Positions 19,284 through 28,701 of a stretch of DNA of 64,000 nucleotides are shown here, piece after piece. Where the stretch lies: positions 704,001-768,000 of the forward strand of contig CAWJQU010000005.1 in the NCBI GenBank assembly GCA_963845145.1, read 5' to 3'. Below the pieces are notes generated by a model. That model saw nothing but the letters and a program-made list of their open reading frames with translations. It ran no database searches and was not told the DNA's origin. Made by a program: the position numbers and the translations under genes. This DNA is from an uncultured delta proteobacterium (lineage in GTDB: Bacteria; Desulfobacterota; Desulfobacteria; Desulfobacterales; QNYZ01). How positions within the stretch are numbered: position 1 is the first letter of the stretch; each line of letters starts with the position of its first letter.

Positions 19284-19330
19284 CATAAAAAAAACTTATG
19301 TAAGAAATAATACCATAAAAAAAACATATT
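19284..19330. promoter_or_regulatory. Tandem LysR boxes (T-N11-A)
   Basis: CATAA-N7-TTATG at 19284-19300 and CATAA-N7-ATATT at 19314-19330, 30 bp apart, upstream of the lysR gene. Confidence 0.65.
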
Positions 19331-19395
19331 GCTTTGAATTAAACGATTACCATAGTGAAACCTGGAAATCTGAATAGATAACGAGGATAGGCAGC

Positions 19396-20415
19396 ATGTT
19401 AAATCTTAATCAATTTCGAATATTCTATTACGCCGCCAAAAATTTAAATTTTACCCGTGCCGCTGAGGAGCTGTTCATTTCTCAACCGGCGGTCACCATT
19501 CAAATCAAGGCGTTTGAAGACTACTGCGGCTTGAAGTTATTTAAAAAACGTGGTCGCCTGACGCGGCTCACCGATGAGGGTCAAACGCTTTATTCATTTG
19601 CCAAAACTGTTTTTACCATTGAAAAAGAGATCGAAAGTACACTTGAGGACATGCGTAAACTGAAGCGCGGTATTCTTAAGATCGGCACCACCAAGGCCTA
19701 TGCCCGCTATTTTATGCCGTTGATGCTCACCTCTTTTCATGCCAAATACCCTGATATCAAGATTGAACTCAATGAGGGCAGCTCTTTGGACATGACCCGG
19801 AGTCTGCTGGAATTGAAAAACGAAGTGGGCATTATCGCCAAAGCGGAAGATATCCCCGGGATTTCCCTGATGCCTTTCAGCCAGGAAGAGATGGCCCTGG
19901 TCATGTCACCCGATCATCCCTGGAATCAGCGACAAGCGCCGGTTTCATTGAAAGAACTGGCCACCGAACCGTTTATCATGAAAGAGGTCGGCTCGGGCAC
20001 CCGGCGCCTGGTGGACCAGCTTTTTGATAAACAACCCTATTTACCAAATATTCTGATGGAAACCAGCAATACCGAATTTATCAAGCAGTTGGTGCAACGT
20101 GGGGAGGGCGTGTCTTTGCTGGTAAAGGCTGCCGTTGCCAATGAGCTGAAAGAGAATCTACTGGCGACGACTGCGCTTGAAGGCCCGGTTCCATATTTGG
20201 ACGTCAGCATCGCCCATTTAAAAGACCAGCCCCTATCGCTGCCCGCCAAAGGATTTGTCGAAATATTAAAAACCATCAAATCGGAATCGGATCTGTCATC
20301 CCCCGAGGGGATCGGCATGATACTGGCCCGAATGCTGGTCAATCGCCAACAGAAGAGTCAATCCAAGGCCCCATTGTCTTTGACGCCCGGCGCAACAACC
20401 GCACAAAAAAGATAA
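19396..20415 (+). CDS. LysR-family transcriptional regulator
   Basis: NFTRAAEELFISQPAVTIQIKAFE HTH plus LysR substrate domain; divergent from ppsA. Confidence 0.95.
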   Translation: MLNLNQFRIFYYAAKNLNFTRAAEELFISQPAVTIQIKAFEDYCGLKLFKKRGRLTRLTDEGQTLYSFAKTVFTIEKEIESTLEDMRKLKRGILKIGTTKAYARYFMPLMLTSFHAKYPDIKIELNEGSSLDMTRSLLELKNEVGIIAKAEDIPGISLMPFSQEEMALVMSPDHPWNQRQAPVSLKELATEPFIMKEVGSGTRRLVDQLFDKQPYLPNILMETSNTEFIKQLVQRGEGVSLLVKAAVANELKENLLATTALEGPVPYLDVSIAHLKDQPLSLPAKGFVEILKTIKSESDLSSPEGIGMILARMLVNRQQKSQSKAPLSLTPGATTAQKR

Positions 20416-20513
20416 CCCGTTTATACTAATACCGTAACGTTGCATAAAAATTGAGTTCAAAACGGGAATGGGTCGGATCGAATTGAAATGAGTTGTAAAC
20501 TTTATTTATCGTA

Positions 20514-21998
20514 TCAGTCCGCTTCAATCAGCATGGTTTCACCGTAAGGCGCCTGGTCGTGCACCAAAAACCGGAACTCGCATTTGGCAAAATGGATGAT
20601 GTCGCCACTTTTTAGTTTGATTTTGGTGTTTTGATCAATCACCGTGTTGTTCAGCCGGGTACCATTGGTACTGCGGTTATCCTCAAGGTAATATTGGCCG
20701 TTTCGGTAGGTGATGGTGGCGTGCAGACTGGAAACGACTTTTTCGGGAATGACGATGTCGTTGTGGGAATCACGGCCTATACTCACTGATGATTTATCAA
20801 TAGCTAAGGAAATGGAATCCTGGGGGATGATATGTTCCACATCAATCAGTTCCGCCTGGACATCCGGGCGAGGTTCAGTCGACAGTTCCCGTTTGCCGCC
20901 TACCGGTATGGGTCCGCCTGTCTTGCCCCGGTTGTTTTTGAACATAAACAGCAACAGGAAGAGTACGACTAAAATAACGGCAACTAAAAAAAAGATCAGC
21001 AACGTGTCGATCAGGCTCTTGCCTGAAGCAATCCCGGGCGCGGTGACGGGCTGGCTTGGTGAAGATGGCTCTGTTCGTAAAGTGGGCATTTTTGGCAGGG
21101 GTTGATAGGTGTCGGTGCCGGATAACGGTTGATTGTGGGTTTTACCGGGGGGGGTGGGGCCATCCGCCGCCGTTTGGCCGGACCGGGACGCGGTTTGGGC
21201 AGCCGCTTTCGCCGAAGATAGCTTGGCAAGCCGGTCATTAATCGAATCAAAAACACTTTGGATCTCTTCCGGCCGGTAAACCCGGAAATACTCCCCATCC
21301 GTTTTCGATGCCAGCATCTGCATCAGGCGAAAGTCCGCCTTATCCGTAAAGGCAATGCCGAATATCTTTATGCCCAATTGCCGGCATTGCGACGTAAGGT
21401 CCTCTTTCAGCCACCGCTCACTTTCAGCATCGCGTTTGATATCTCCGGTATCGATGATGCCGTCCGTGAGAAGAATAATCATTTTATCGGCGTCTGTATC
21501 ACCCCTGGCTTTCAACTCATAAATGGCTCTTTCAATTCCCGTGGGTGTATTGGTCAGTTGCCCCCGGTAGTCCAGGCGCTTTAAGGTGCCGATAAATTCG
21601 TCATCAACGCCTTCACCGGAAATCTCCGTTAACGGCTTGAGGACCTTGGCGTCCGTATCGAAAATCACCATTCCCAGACGTGATCCCGGGGTCAGGTTCT
21701 TAATGAATCCGGCAACAACTTCTTTGGTAATTCGATCGGGATCATTTTTTTTCATACTTCCGGAATTATCGAGTACAAATACAATTTCCCTGTCAACAAT
21801 GGGCGACGCAGCGGCTTTCTTTTCTTTCTGGGGTTCATCCTGGGGATCGGGCTCAGGCGCCGTGGAAGGCAGTGGGTTGATTTTATAAGTTTTGGCGGTA
21901 TCTTTTGTGTCGATGCCGTAACAAATGGCCGCAATGAAAAATATAAAACAACAGATGGCTAATTGCGGAATCCAGGTTCCCCTTTTTATCTGTCGCAT
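20514..21998 (-). CDS. Membrane protein: signal peptide, vWA domain, TM helix, FHA domain
   Basis: MIDAS DNSGSM..T..LTDG; Pro-rich linker; hydrophobic TM; FHA motifs IGR, VSSLHA and STNGT. Confidence 0.88.
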   Translation of the reverse strand: MRQIKRGTWIPQLAICCFIFFIAAICYGIDTKDTAKTYKINPLPSTAPEPDPQDEPQKEKKAAASPIVDREIVFVLDNSGSMKKNDPDRITKEVVAGFIKNLTPGSRLGMVIFDTDAKVLKPLTEISGEGVDDEFIGTLKRLDYRGQLTNTPTGIERAIYELKARGDTDADKMIILLTDGIIDTGDIKRDAESERWLKEDLTSQCRQLGIKIFGIAFTDKADFRLMQMLASKTDGEYFRVYRPEEIQSVFDSINDRLAKLSSAKAAAQTASRSGQTAADGPTPPGKTHNQPLSGTDTYQPLPKMPTLRTEPSSPSQPVTAPGIASGKSLIDTLLIFFLVAVILVVLFLLLFMFKNNRGKTGGPIPVGGKRELSTEPRPDVQAELIDVEHIIPQDSISLAIDKSSVSIGRDSHNDIVIPEKVVSSLHATITYRNGQYYLEDNRSTNGTRLNNTVIDQNTKIKLKSGDIIHFAKCEFRFLVHDQAPYGETMLIEAD

Positions 21999-22246
21999 TG
22001 GATGGTTCCTGCTCAGGTTTGAATTTTGGTTAAAAACGATCAGAATTGATTTTTTGTATCTAAAAGCATATAAAACCCAAAGGCTTCACTTCAGTGAACG
22101 CCTTGAATTTACAAAATAATACTATATATCCATAAAGCAATGATGGCAGCCACAACATAATGTGGTTATATTCGACTGTTCGAGCACTACATTAGGCTTC
22201 GATTAATAGTGAATTTAAAGTTCTAGAGCAGAGCAATATCAACAAA

Positions 22247-23947
22247 ATGTATCTGTCACATTATCATTTAAATGTAAAGCCCTTTCAAATTACACCGGAT
22301 CCTCAGTTTCTATGGATGGGAGAATCCCATCGGGAAGCTTTGTCAATTTTTAAAGAGGGCATCAACGTCAACAAGGGCCTCATTCTCTTAACGGGAGATG
22401 TGGGCACCGGAAAAACGACGCTGATCAACAAGCTGATTGAAAGCCTGCATGACAATGCACTGGTGGCTTCTGTTCAATACCCGGGATTTGATATACTTGA
22501 TTTTTATAATTTTCTGGCCGCCAATTTCAAAATGGGGAAAAAGTACTCCAATAAAGGTGACTTTCTCATTCAATTTATCCATTTCCTGCACGAGGAAAAT
22601 GCCCAAAATAAAAAAGTAGTGCTGATCATTGACGAAGCCCAGGGGCTTTCGGATGAGATTCTGGACGAAATTCGATTACTATCTAATTTGGAAAGAGCGA
22701 AAGTCAAACTGTTAAACATCCTTTTGGTCGGGCAGGATGAAATGGATAAGATCCTGGAGGCACCCAACAACAAAGCCCTGACGGAGAGTATCGCCGCAAA
22801 ATATTACCTGGGGCCGTTAAAGAAAAGGGAGGTCAAGGAATATATTCATTTTCGGTTAAAAATTGCCGGTGCCGATTATCGGATTTTCAATAAAGGCGCC
22901 ATAGAGGAAGTCGTGCGGAGTTCCCAATGCTACCCCCGCTTGATCAATGTTATCTGCGACCATGCGCTCTTAACCGGATATGTCCAGGGAAAGAATAAAA
23001 TTGATGCCGCCATTATTAAAGAATGCGCCAAAGAGCATCAGTTACAAATTTTCGATGACATCGAATCGGACAAGATTGATACGGACATGATGCCGGCACC
23101 GGTAGAAGTCCCCTCAAAGACCCGCGGAAACTATCACTGGGCGCTGCCGACGATCCTTCTATTGGTACTTAGCCTTCTTGTTGTCGCCGGATACTTCTCA
23201 TATCTGAAAACCATCGGAGACGATTCCAGTTCCGGAGTCGTGGAAGCGACAAAGAAGCCGGCAGCTGAAGTAACGACCAACACCCCTTCGAAAGATAAAG
23301 GCCCACCTGTCGATAATACGGGGGTATCCAAAACGCAAGCGGCACCTCTTGATAAGGGGGCCTTGCCGATCATAGAAGAGGATTTGGATGATGAATCATC
23401 GTATAAAACTCCCGCATCTAAACCCCTGATAGATGGAAAAGTTGAAGGGAATACCGGGGTTGCCGTTGGCGATGCTGGGGAGATACAATCACAGGCCGAA
23501 TTGACAAAAGCCAATGAAACGGCCGATGTTACGTCGAATGATACCAGCCCTGTCTCAGCAGACGAAAAATTGGTGCTGACATTTCCGGCCTACGCGGAAG
23601 AACTCCCCAAAGACGCCTATGCCCAATTGGACACCTTTTTCATCAACGCTTCACAATACCCGGAGGCACGGATTCTGATAAAAGGATACACGGATTCATC
23701 CGGGAATGCCCGTCATAATCGAAAACTGTCACAAACACGCGCCGATACCGTCAAAGCCTATTTCATTGCCCAGGGCTATGATCAAAATAAAATCGAGGCC
23801 GTGGGGCTGGGTGAGAAAGACCCGGTCGCATCCAATGAGACCCCTGCCGGACGAAAGGTCAATCGCCGAATTGAAATTGAGCTGGTTCGCCCCTCGGCAA
23901 CGAATGCAAGCCTGAATCGGAATTCGTCTTCGAACATCCCGTTTTGA
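22247..23947 (+). CDS. ExeA/GspA-like AAA ATPase with TM and C-terminal OmpA-like domain
   Basis: PFQITPDP, GDVGTGKTT, IIDEAQ, LVGQ and PRLINVICD; C-terminal GYTD..NRKLSQTRA..NRRIEI. Confidence 0.9.
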   Translation: MYLSHYHLNVKPFQITPDPQFLWMGESHREALSIFKEGINVNKGLILLTGDVGTGKTTLINKLIESLHDNALVASVQYPGFDILDFYNFLAANFKMGKKYSNKGDFLIQFIHFLHEENAQNKKVVLIIDEAQGLSDEILDEIRLLSNLERAKVKLLNILLVGQDEMDKILEAPNNKALTESIAAKYYLGPLKKREVKEYIHFRLKIAGADYRIFNKGAIEEVVRSSQCYPRLINVICDHALLTGYVQGKNKIDAAIIKECAKEHQLQIFDDIESDKIDTDMMPAPVEVPSKTRGNYHWALPTILLLVLSLLVVAGYFSYLKTIGDDSSSGVVEATKKPAAEVTTNTPSKDKGPPVDNTGVSKTQAAPLDKGALPIIEEDLDDESSYKTPASKPLIDGKVEGNTGVAVGDAGEIQSQAELTKANETADVTSNDTSPVSADEKLVLTFPAYAEELPKDAYAQLDTFFINASQYPEARILIKGYTDSSGNARHNRKLSQTRADTVKAYFIAQGYDQNKIEAVGLGEKDPVASNETPAGRKVNRRIEIELVRPSATNASLNRNSSSNIPF

Positions 23948-24005
23948 TTAATATCGAAAAAATGAATGTCATATTTTCTAATAAACAACTTTTTTGGAGG
24001 AGCAC

Positions 24006-26417
24006 ATGATCAAAAAGCGGAAGCTTGATTTAAATGACTTGCGGTGTATCTGCGACCCGAAAACATTTTCTTTTAAAACCACGGCGGAGATCGAGCCTTT
24101 AGATGCCGTTATCGGTCAGAAACGCGCTGTTCAAGCCATTGATTTCGGGCTTAACATGAAAAGCCCCGGATACAATATTTTCGTCACCGGCATTGATGGA
24201 ACAGGTAAGTCAACCATCATTCAGGACATCGTGGCAGGCCATGCCGAAAAAAGCGAGGCGCCGGTTGACTGGTGCATGGTAAATAATTTCCAGGATCAAT
24301 TTTGTCCCAAAGCGATCGATGTCCCCCACGGTAAGGCGATAGTGCTCAAAAAGCAGATGGAAAAGCTGGTGGAGGGGCTGAAGAACGAACTCCTGGCCGC
24401 CTTTGAAAGTAAATCCTATCTGGCCAAAATGGACGCGATCCAAAAAAAGCACGGGGAAAAACAAAAACAGATCTTTGAGGCATTGGATCAGGAAGCCATA
24501 CAATTGGGTCTGGCGATCAACCGAACCCAATCCGGCTTTCAAACATTTCCCGTGGTCGAAGGCAAACCAATGGAGCGAGAGGCATTTGATGCACTCCCTA
24601 AGGAAGAAAAAAAACGAATCGAAGAGAATATCCATACGCTTCAGGGCCGCATTGAGACATCCATGCGTGAGGCTGCCAAAATAAAAGACGCCATGCAACA
24701 GGATGTGGAACAGGTCATGTCCGATATCGCTTTGTTCGTCACCAAAACGCGGATCGATGTGCTCGTGGCTCAGTACGAGAGCTGCACGCGAATTGTTGAC
24801 TATTTAAATGAAGTCCAGGCAAACATTGTTGAAAATGTCGGCGACTTTCTTCCCCGCAAGGAACAAAACTTGCCGATTCCCGGTATGGGCGATGATTCCG
24901 GCGCTTCCAGGCTCCAGGGGTATGAAGTCAATGTACTGGTGGATCGTAAAACCATCAAGGGCGCCCCGGTAATCTTCGAGACCAACCCCACGTATCAGAA
25001 TGTCTTTGGCCGAATCGAGAAACGGGCCTATATGGGCACCCTGACCACCGACTTTACCCTGGTTCAGGCAGGTTCCTTGCTGAGGGCCAACGGCGGGTAT
25101 CTGATCATGGAGATCGAATCCTTGCTGACCAACCCCTATGTGTATGATGCGCTCAAACGGGCACTACAAAATAAAATGCTCCTCATTGAAGATCTGCCCA
25201 CCAGCCTGGGATTTGGAGCGATGTCGCTTCGGCCCGAACCGATTCCTTTGGATGTGAAAGTGATCCTTTTGGGAAGTTACCAGCTGTTTCATATGCTTCA
25301 GAACAGCGATTCCAAATTCAACAAAATTTTCAAGGTACGCGCTGACTTTGACCACGAAACCGACCGCAATGAAGAGACGACGGCCCAATACGCCCAGTTC
25401 GTGGCCCGGGTGTGCCGGGAAGAAAAACTTTTACCCCTGACGCCCGCCGGTGTGGCCGCCATTATTGAATTCGGCGAAAAACAGGTGGCTGACAAAAACA
25501 AATTATCCATCCGCTTCGGTCCGATTCATGGGGTTTTAAAAGAAGCCGACTATTGGGCGCGAAAATCCGGGGCTACAGCCATATCCGATAAAAATGTGGT
25601 TAAAGCCCTCAAGGAACACCACTTCCGGTATAACCTTTACGAAGAAAAAACCCATGAATCCTATGCCCAAAATACAATCCTGCTCGATGTTGAAGGCAAG
25701 GTCATCGGTCAGGTCAATGCTCTGGCGGTATATCAACTCGGCGATATCTCCTTTGGCCGCCCATCGAGAATAACCGCTGAGACCTACATGGGCAAATCAG
25801 GGGTCGTCAATATCGAGCGGGAATCCAAACTTAGCGGAAAAACCCATGATAAAGGCGTGCTGATCCTGTCCGGCTACCTTGGCCGCACATTTGCCCAAAA
25901 GTATCCCATGAACCTCTCTATCAGCATCACTTTCGAGCAAAGCTACGGCGGCATCGACGGCGACAGCGCCTCATCCACAGAGCTTTACGCCATCTTATCG
26001 AGTCTGGCGGAACTGGGTATCGATCAGGGCATTGCCGTTACCGGATCGGTCAACCAAAAAGGCGAGGTTCAGGCCATCGGCGGCGTCAACCAGAAAGTAG
26101 AGGGGTTTTTTGAGGTCTGCAAAACCAAAGGCCTCACCGGGCAGCAGGGCGTGATGATTCCCCAGGCCAATGTCCAAAACCTCATGCTTGGCCGGGATGT
26201 GTTAAAGGCGGTAAAAAAGGGCCGTTTTCACATCTGGTCCGTGGATAGTATTGCGCAGGGTATCGAGATCCTGACCGGCGTTCCTGCGGGAAAACCGAAT
26301 AAAATCGGAAACTATCCCAAAAGCAGTGTATTCGGCAAAGTTCAAAAAAAGCTGAGGTTTTACCTTGAACGGCAATTCCAGCTAAAAAAGGAGTTCAGCG
26401 GAGAAGAAAACGGATAA
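24006..26417 (+). CDS. Lon-family (LonB/LonC-type, S16) ATP-dependent protease
   Basis: GQKRA, GTGKST, GSLLRANGGYL, catalytic DGDSAS and GGVNQK; GGAGG RBS. Confidence 0.92.
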   Translation: MIKKRKLDLNDLRCICDPKTFSFKTTAEIEPLDAVIGQKRAVQAIDFGLNMKSPGYNIFVTGIDGTGKSTIIQDIVAGHAEKSEAPVDWCMVNNFQDQFCPKAIDVPHGKAIVLKKQMEKLVEGLKNELLAAFESKSYLAKMDAIQKKHGEKQKQIFEALDQEAIQLGLAINRTQSGFQTFPVVEGKPMEREAFDALPKEEKKRIEENIHTLQGRIETSMREAAKIKDAMQQDVEQVMSDIALFVTKTRIDVLVAQYESCTRIVDYLNEVQANIVENVGDFLPRKEQNLPIPGMGDDSGASRLQGYEVNVLVDRKTIKGAPVIFETNPTYQNVFGRIEKRAYMGTLTTDFTLVQAGSLLRANGGYLIMEIESLLTNPYVYDALKRALQNKMLLIEDLPTSLGFGAMSLRPEPIPLDVKVILLGSYQLFHMLQNSDSKFNKIFKVRADFDHETDRNEETTAQYAQFVARVCREEKLLPLTPAGVAAIIEFGEKQVADKNKLSIRFGPIHGVLKEADYWARKSGATAISDKNVVKALKEHHFRYNLYEEKTHESYAQNTILLDVEGKVIGQVNALAVYQLGDISFGRPSRITAETYMGKSGVVNIERESKLSGKTHDKGVLILSGYLGRTFAQKYPMNLSISITFEQSYGGIDGDSASSTELYAILSSLAELGIDQGIAVTGSVNQKGEVQAIGGVNQKVEGFFEVCKTKGLTGQQGVMIPQANVQNLMLGRDVLKAVKKGRFHIWSVDSIAQGIEILTGVPAGKPNKIGNYPKSSVFGKVQKKLRFYLERQFQLKKEFSGEENG

Positions 26418-26463
26418 TCAACCGGGATAATCAACCGGTATCATCAACCGGGATCAACAACCG
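26412..26463. repeat. Four-copy 13-bp tandem repeat
   Basis: GGATAATCAACCG GGATAATCAACCG GTATCATCAACCG GGATCAACAACCG. Confidence 0.85.
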
Positions 26464-26498
26464 ATTCTTCCATGAACGACCTTTAAAAGGAGACCCAG

Positions 26499-26918
26499 AT
26501 GGCGGATTGTATTTTTTGCAAAATTGTCGAGGGTGAGATCCCCAGTATCAAAGTGTATGAAGATGAGCGCGTACTGGCCTTTATGGATATCAACCCGATC
26601 AGCACGGGCCACACCCTTATTATTCCCAAGGCCCATGCCGAGAATCTTTTCGAGATGAAATCCGAAGACTTGAATGCCGTCATTCTAGCGTCAAAAAAGG
26701 TTGCCCAGGGGATGCGCACAGCGCTCTCGCCCGAAGGCATTGCCGTGCTTCAATTAAACGGCAGGGGGGTTAACCAGGTCGTCATGCACTACCACATGCA
26801 CCTGGTTCCAAGAACGGAGCGTGACACTGATCTGCCCATCACCGGGTGGGAAATAAAACCGGGCGATATGAATACGATTCAGGCGACCGGCCAGAAGATA
26901 GCCGCCGCGGTTAAATAA
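26499..26918 (+). CDS. HIT-family nucleotide hydrolase
   Basis: CIFCKI, GHTLIIPK and HYHMH histidine triad. Confidence 0.95.
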   Translation: MADCIFCKIVEGEIPSIKVYEDERVLAFMDINPISTGHTLIIPKAHAENLFEMKSEDLNAVILASKKVAQGMRTALSPEGIAVLQLNGRGVNQVVMHYHMHLVPRTERDTDLPITGWEIKPGDMNTIQATGQKIAAAVK

Positions 26919-26928
26919 AGAGCCATTT

Positions 26929-28137
26929 TTACCGAATACCAGTTGCAGCGGAAAATTCATCACCATTTGGATCCATCGCATTCCCTTCCGCATCTTTACC
27001 CTTAAATTGAAATACCAAATGCGATGGATCGATGGTACCGCTGATCGAATCAGGTAATTGTGTAATCCGGAAGGTGACCGTTGCCTGATGCGTGTCGGCA
27101 TCGTATTCGACCCTTTCGGGAAACCTGGCCAGCGAGACTTCGGTGTCGGCAATGGGCAAGCCATTATTGTATCGCTCTGCAGGGCCCGAAAAGTCGGACC
27201 GTCGGATATCCCAATTATATCGGTTTCTTACCGAATCAGCATCCATTTCTTTGCCGAACACAAATTTCATATTGAACGTTTTTGAGTTTCCCGCTGTCTG
27301 GAGGTACGAATCAAGGGCCGCCACGGATGTCTTCGGCCGCAATGGATACGCAAAGGTGCTCGCCGACATGGCGAATTCTATCCTGGGCGGCTTTTCACTA
27401 TAGATGTGCCCGGCCAGTGTCGCGGCATAGGACGGGGCTGTTTTCATCAAACTGCTTTTTATTTCCTCCGCTTTTTCTATTTCACCCATATCGGTATAGG
27501 TGTATCCCAACTCGACCTGTGCATCAAAAAAATCTCTTTTGCTCCCAATCGCTTTTTCTAGAGCAGAGACGGCTTCATCGTAACGCCCCGCTTTGCTTAA
27601 CGCCTGGCCCAACCCGTAATACCCCTGTGCCGCTCCTCCTGAAAAACGAATGACTTCTTGAAATTGAGCCTGCGCTTCTGAAAATTTGCCGTTGGCCATC
27701 TGCGCGTTGCCCAGAGAGAAGAGATTCACCTCACTTTTATTCAACCGCACGGCATCGGCATATTGATCCTCGGCTTCCTGATAGCGCCCCTGAGAATATA
27801 ATAGATTACCCAATTTGACTTTAACATCATCTCGGGTCGGGTGGAAGGTTACGGCATTCTCATAGGCTTTGACAGCCTGGTCGCTTTTCCCGAGTTTTTG
27901 ATAAGTGATTGACAAGTATTCCGTTGCAGCTATCGAATTTTCCCCATGGGGCGCCATACCGATGGCACGATGAAATCCTTTGGCAGCCGCTTCGTATTCC
28001 CCGCCCATATATTTATCGATGGCACCGGTCAGCGCCGAAGCAGCCATTGAGCTGGTTTGGTTTTGCTGCCCCACGGCCGATGACATAGTGTCAAAAATAT
28101 TGGTGGTTTGACCGATACTGTCTAAAAGCGATACCAT
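26929..28137 (-). CDS. TPR-repeat protein with uncharacterised C-terminal domain
   Basis: About six TPR helical repeats (LG..Y..G.Y.EA...Y); ATG 28137 after GGAG. Confidence 0.8.
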   Translation of the reverse strand: MVSLLDSIGQTTNIFDTMSSAVGQQNQTSSMAASALTGAIDKYMGGEYEAAAKGFHRAIGMAPHGENSIAATEYLSITYQKLGKSDQAVKAYENAVTFHPTRDDVKVKLGNLLYSQGRYQEAEDQYADAVRLNKSEVNLFSLGNAQMANGKFSEAQAQFQEVIRFSGGAAQGYYGLGQALSKAGRYDEAVSALEKAIGSKRDFFDAQVELGYTYTDMGEIEKAEEIKSSLMKTAPSYAATLAGHIYSEKPPRIEFAMSASTFAYPLRPKTSVAALDSYLQTAGNSKTFNMKFVFGKEMDADSVRNRYNWDIRRSDFSGPAERYNNGLPIADTEVSLARFPERVEYDADTHQATVTFRITQLPDSISGTIDPSHLVFQFKGKDAEGNAMDPNGDEFSAATGIR

Positions 28138-28211
28138 TCGGATCTCCGCATAAAAAACCTGTTTAATTAGATTGTCGGCACTTTTAAAAAAAACTTGAGG
28201 CAAAAAAATAA

Positions 28212-28688
28212 TCAAAGCCACTTGCGCTCTAAATCGATCAGCCGCTTCTTGGTCGCCAAGCCACCACCGAAGCCCGTAAGGGAGCCATCGCTGCCGATAA
28301 CGCGGTGGCAGGGAATGATGATGGGGATGGGATTTTTGCCGTTGGCCCCGCCCACGGCCCGAACCGCTTGGGGATTGCCGACGACTTCAGCGATATTTTT
28401 ATAGCTGACCAAGTCACCGTAAGGAACCCCCCGCAGAGCCCGCCAGACCTTGAGTTGAAAATCCGTCCCCACCGGGGCTAGAGGCACATCGAATTGTTTT
28501 AGTTTACCATTGAAATAGTCCCGGAGCTGTGCCTTAACCGAGCTAAAAAAGCCGTGCTTTTTCTGCCAGTTACTTTGAATAACGAGGGGATTTTTCTCTT
28601 TTTCAAAATCGATATGTCGCAATCCGGATTCATCACCCGCAAGTGTCAGGGTACCAATCAGTCCGGTTTCAAAAAAATCATAATACAT
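28212..28688 (-). CDS. ogt: Methylated-DNA-protein-cysteine methyltransferase
   Basis: GTDFQLKVW, RAVGGANGKNPIPIIIPCHRV active site; ATG 28688 after GGAG. Confidence 0.95.
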   Translation of the reverse strand: MYYDFFETGLIGTLTLAGDESGLRHIDFEKEKNPLVIQSNWQKKHGFFSSVKAQLRDYFNGKLKQFDVPLAPVGTDFQLKVWRALRGVPYGDLVSYKNIAEVVGNPQAVRAVGGANGKNPIPIIIPCHRVIGSDGSLTGFGGGLATKKRLIDLERKWL

Positions 28689-28701
28689 GATGGATTCTCC
28701 C

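Noticed and set aside
26412..26463. Possible CRISPR array
   Set aside because: Units are 13 bp, contiguous, with no spacers and no cas genes.
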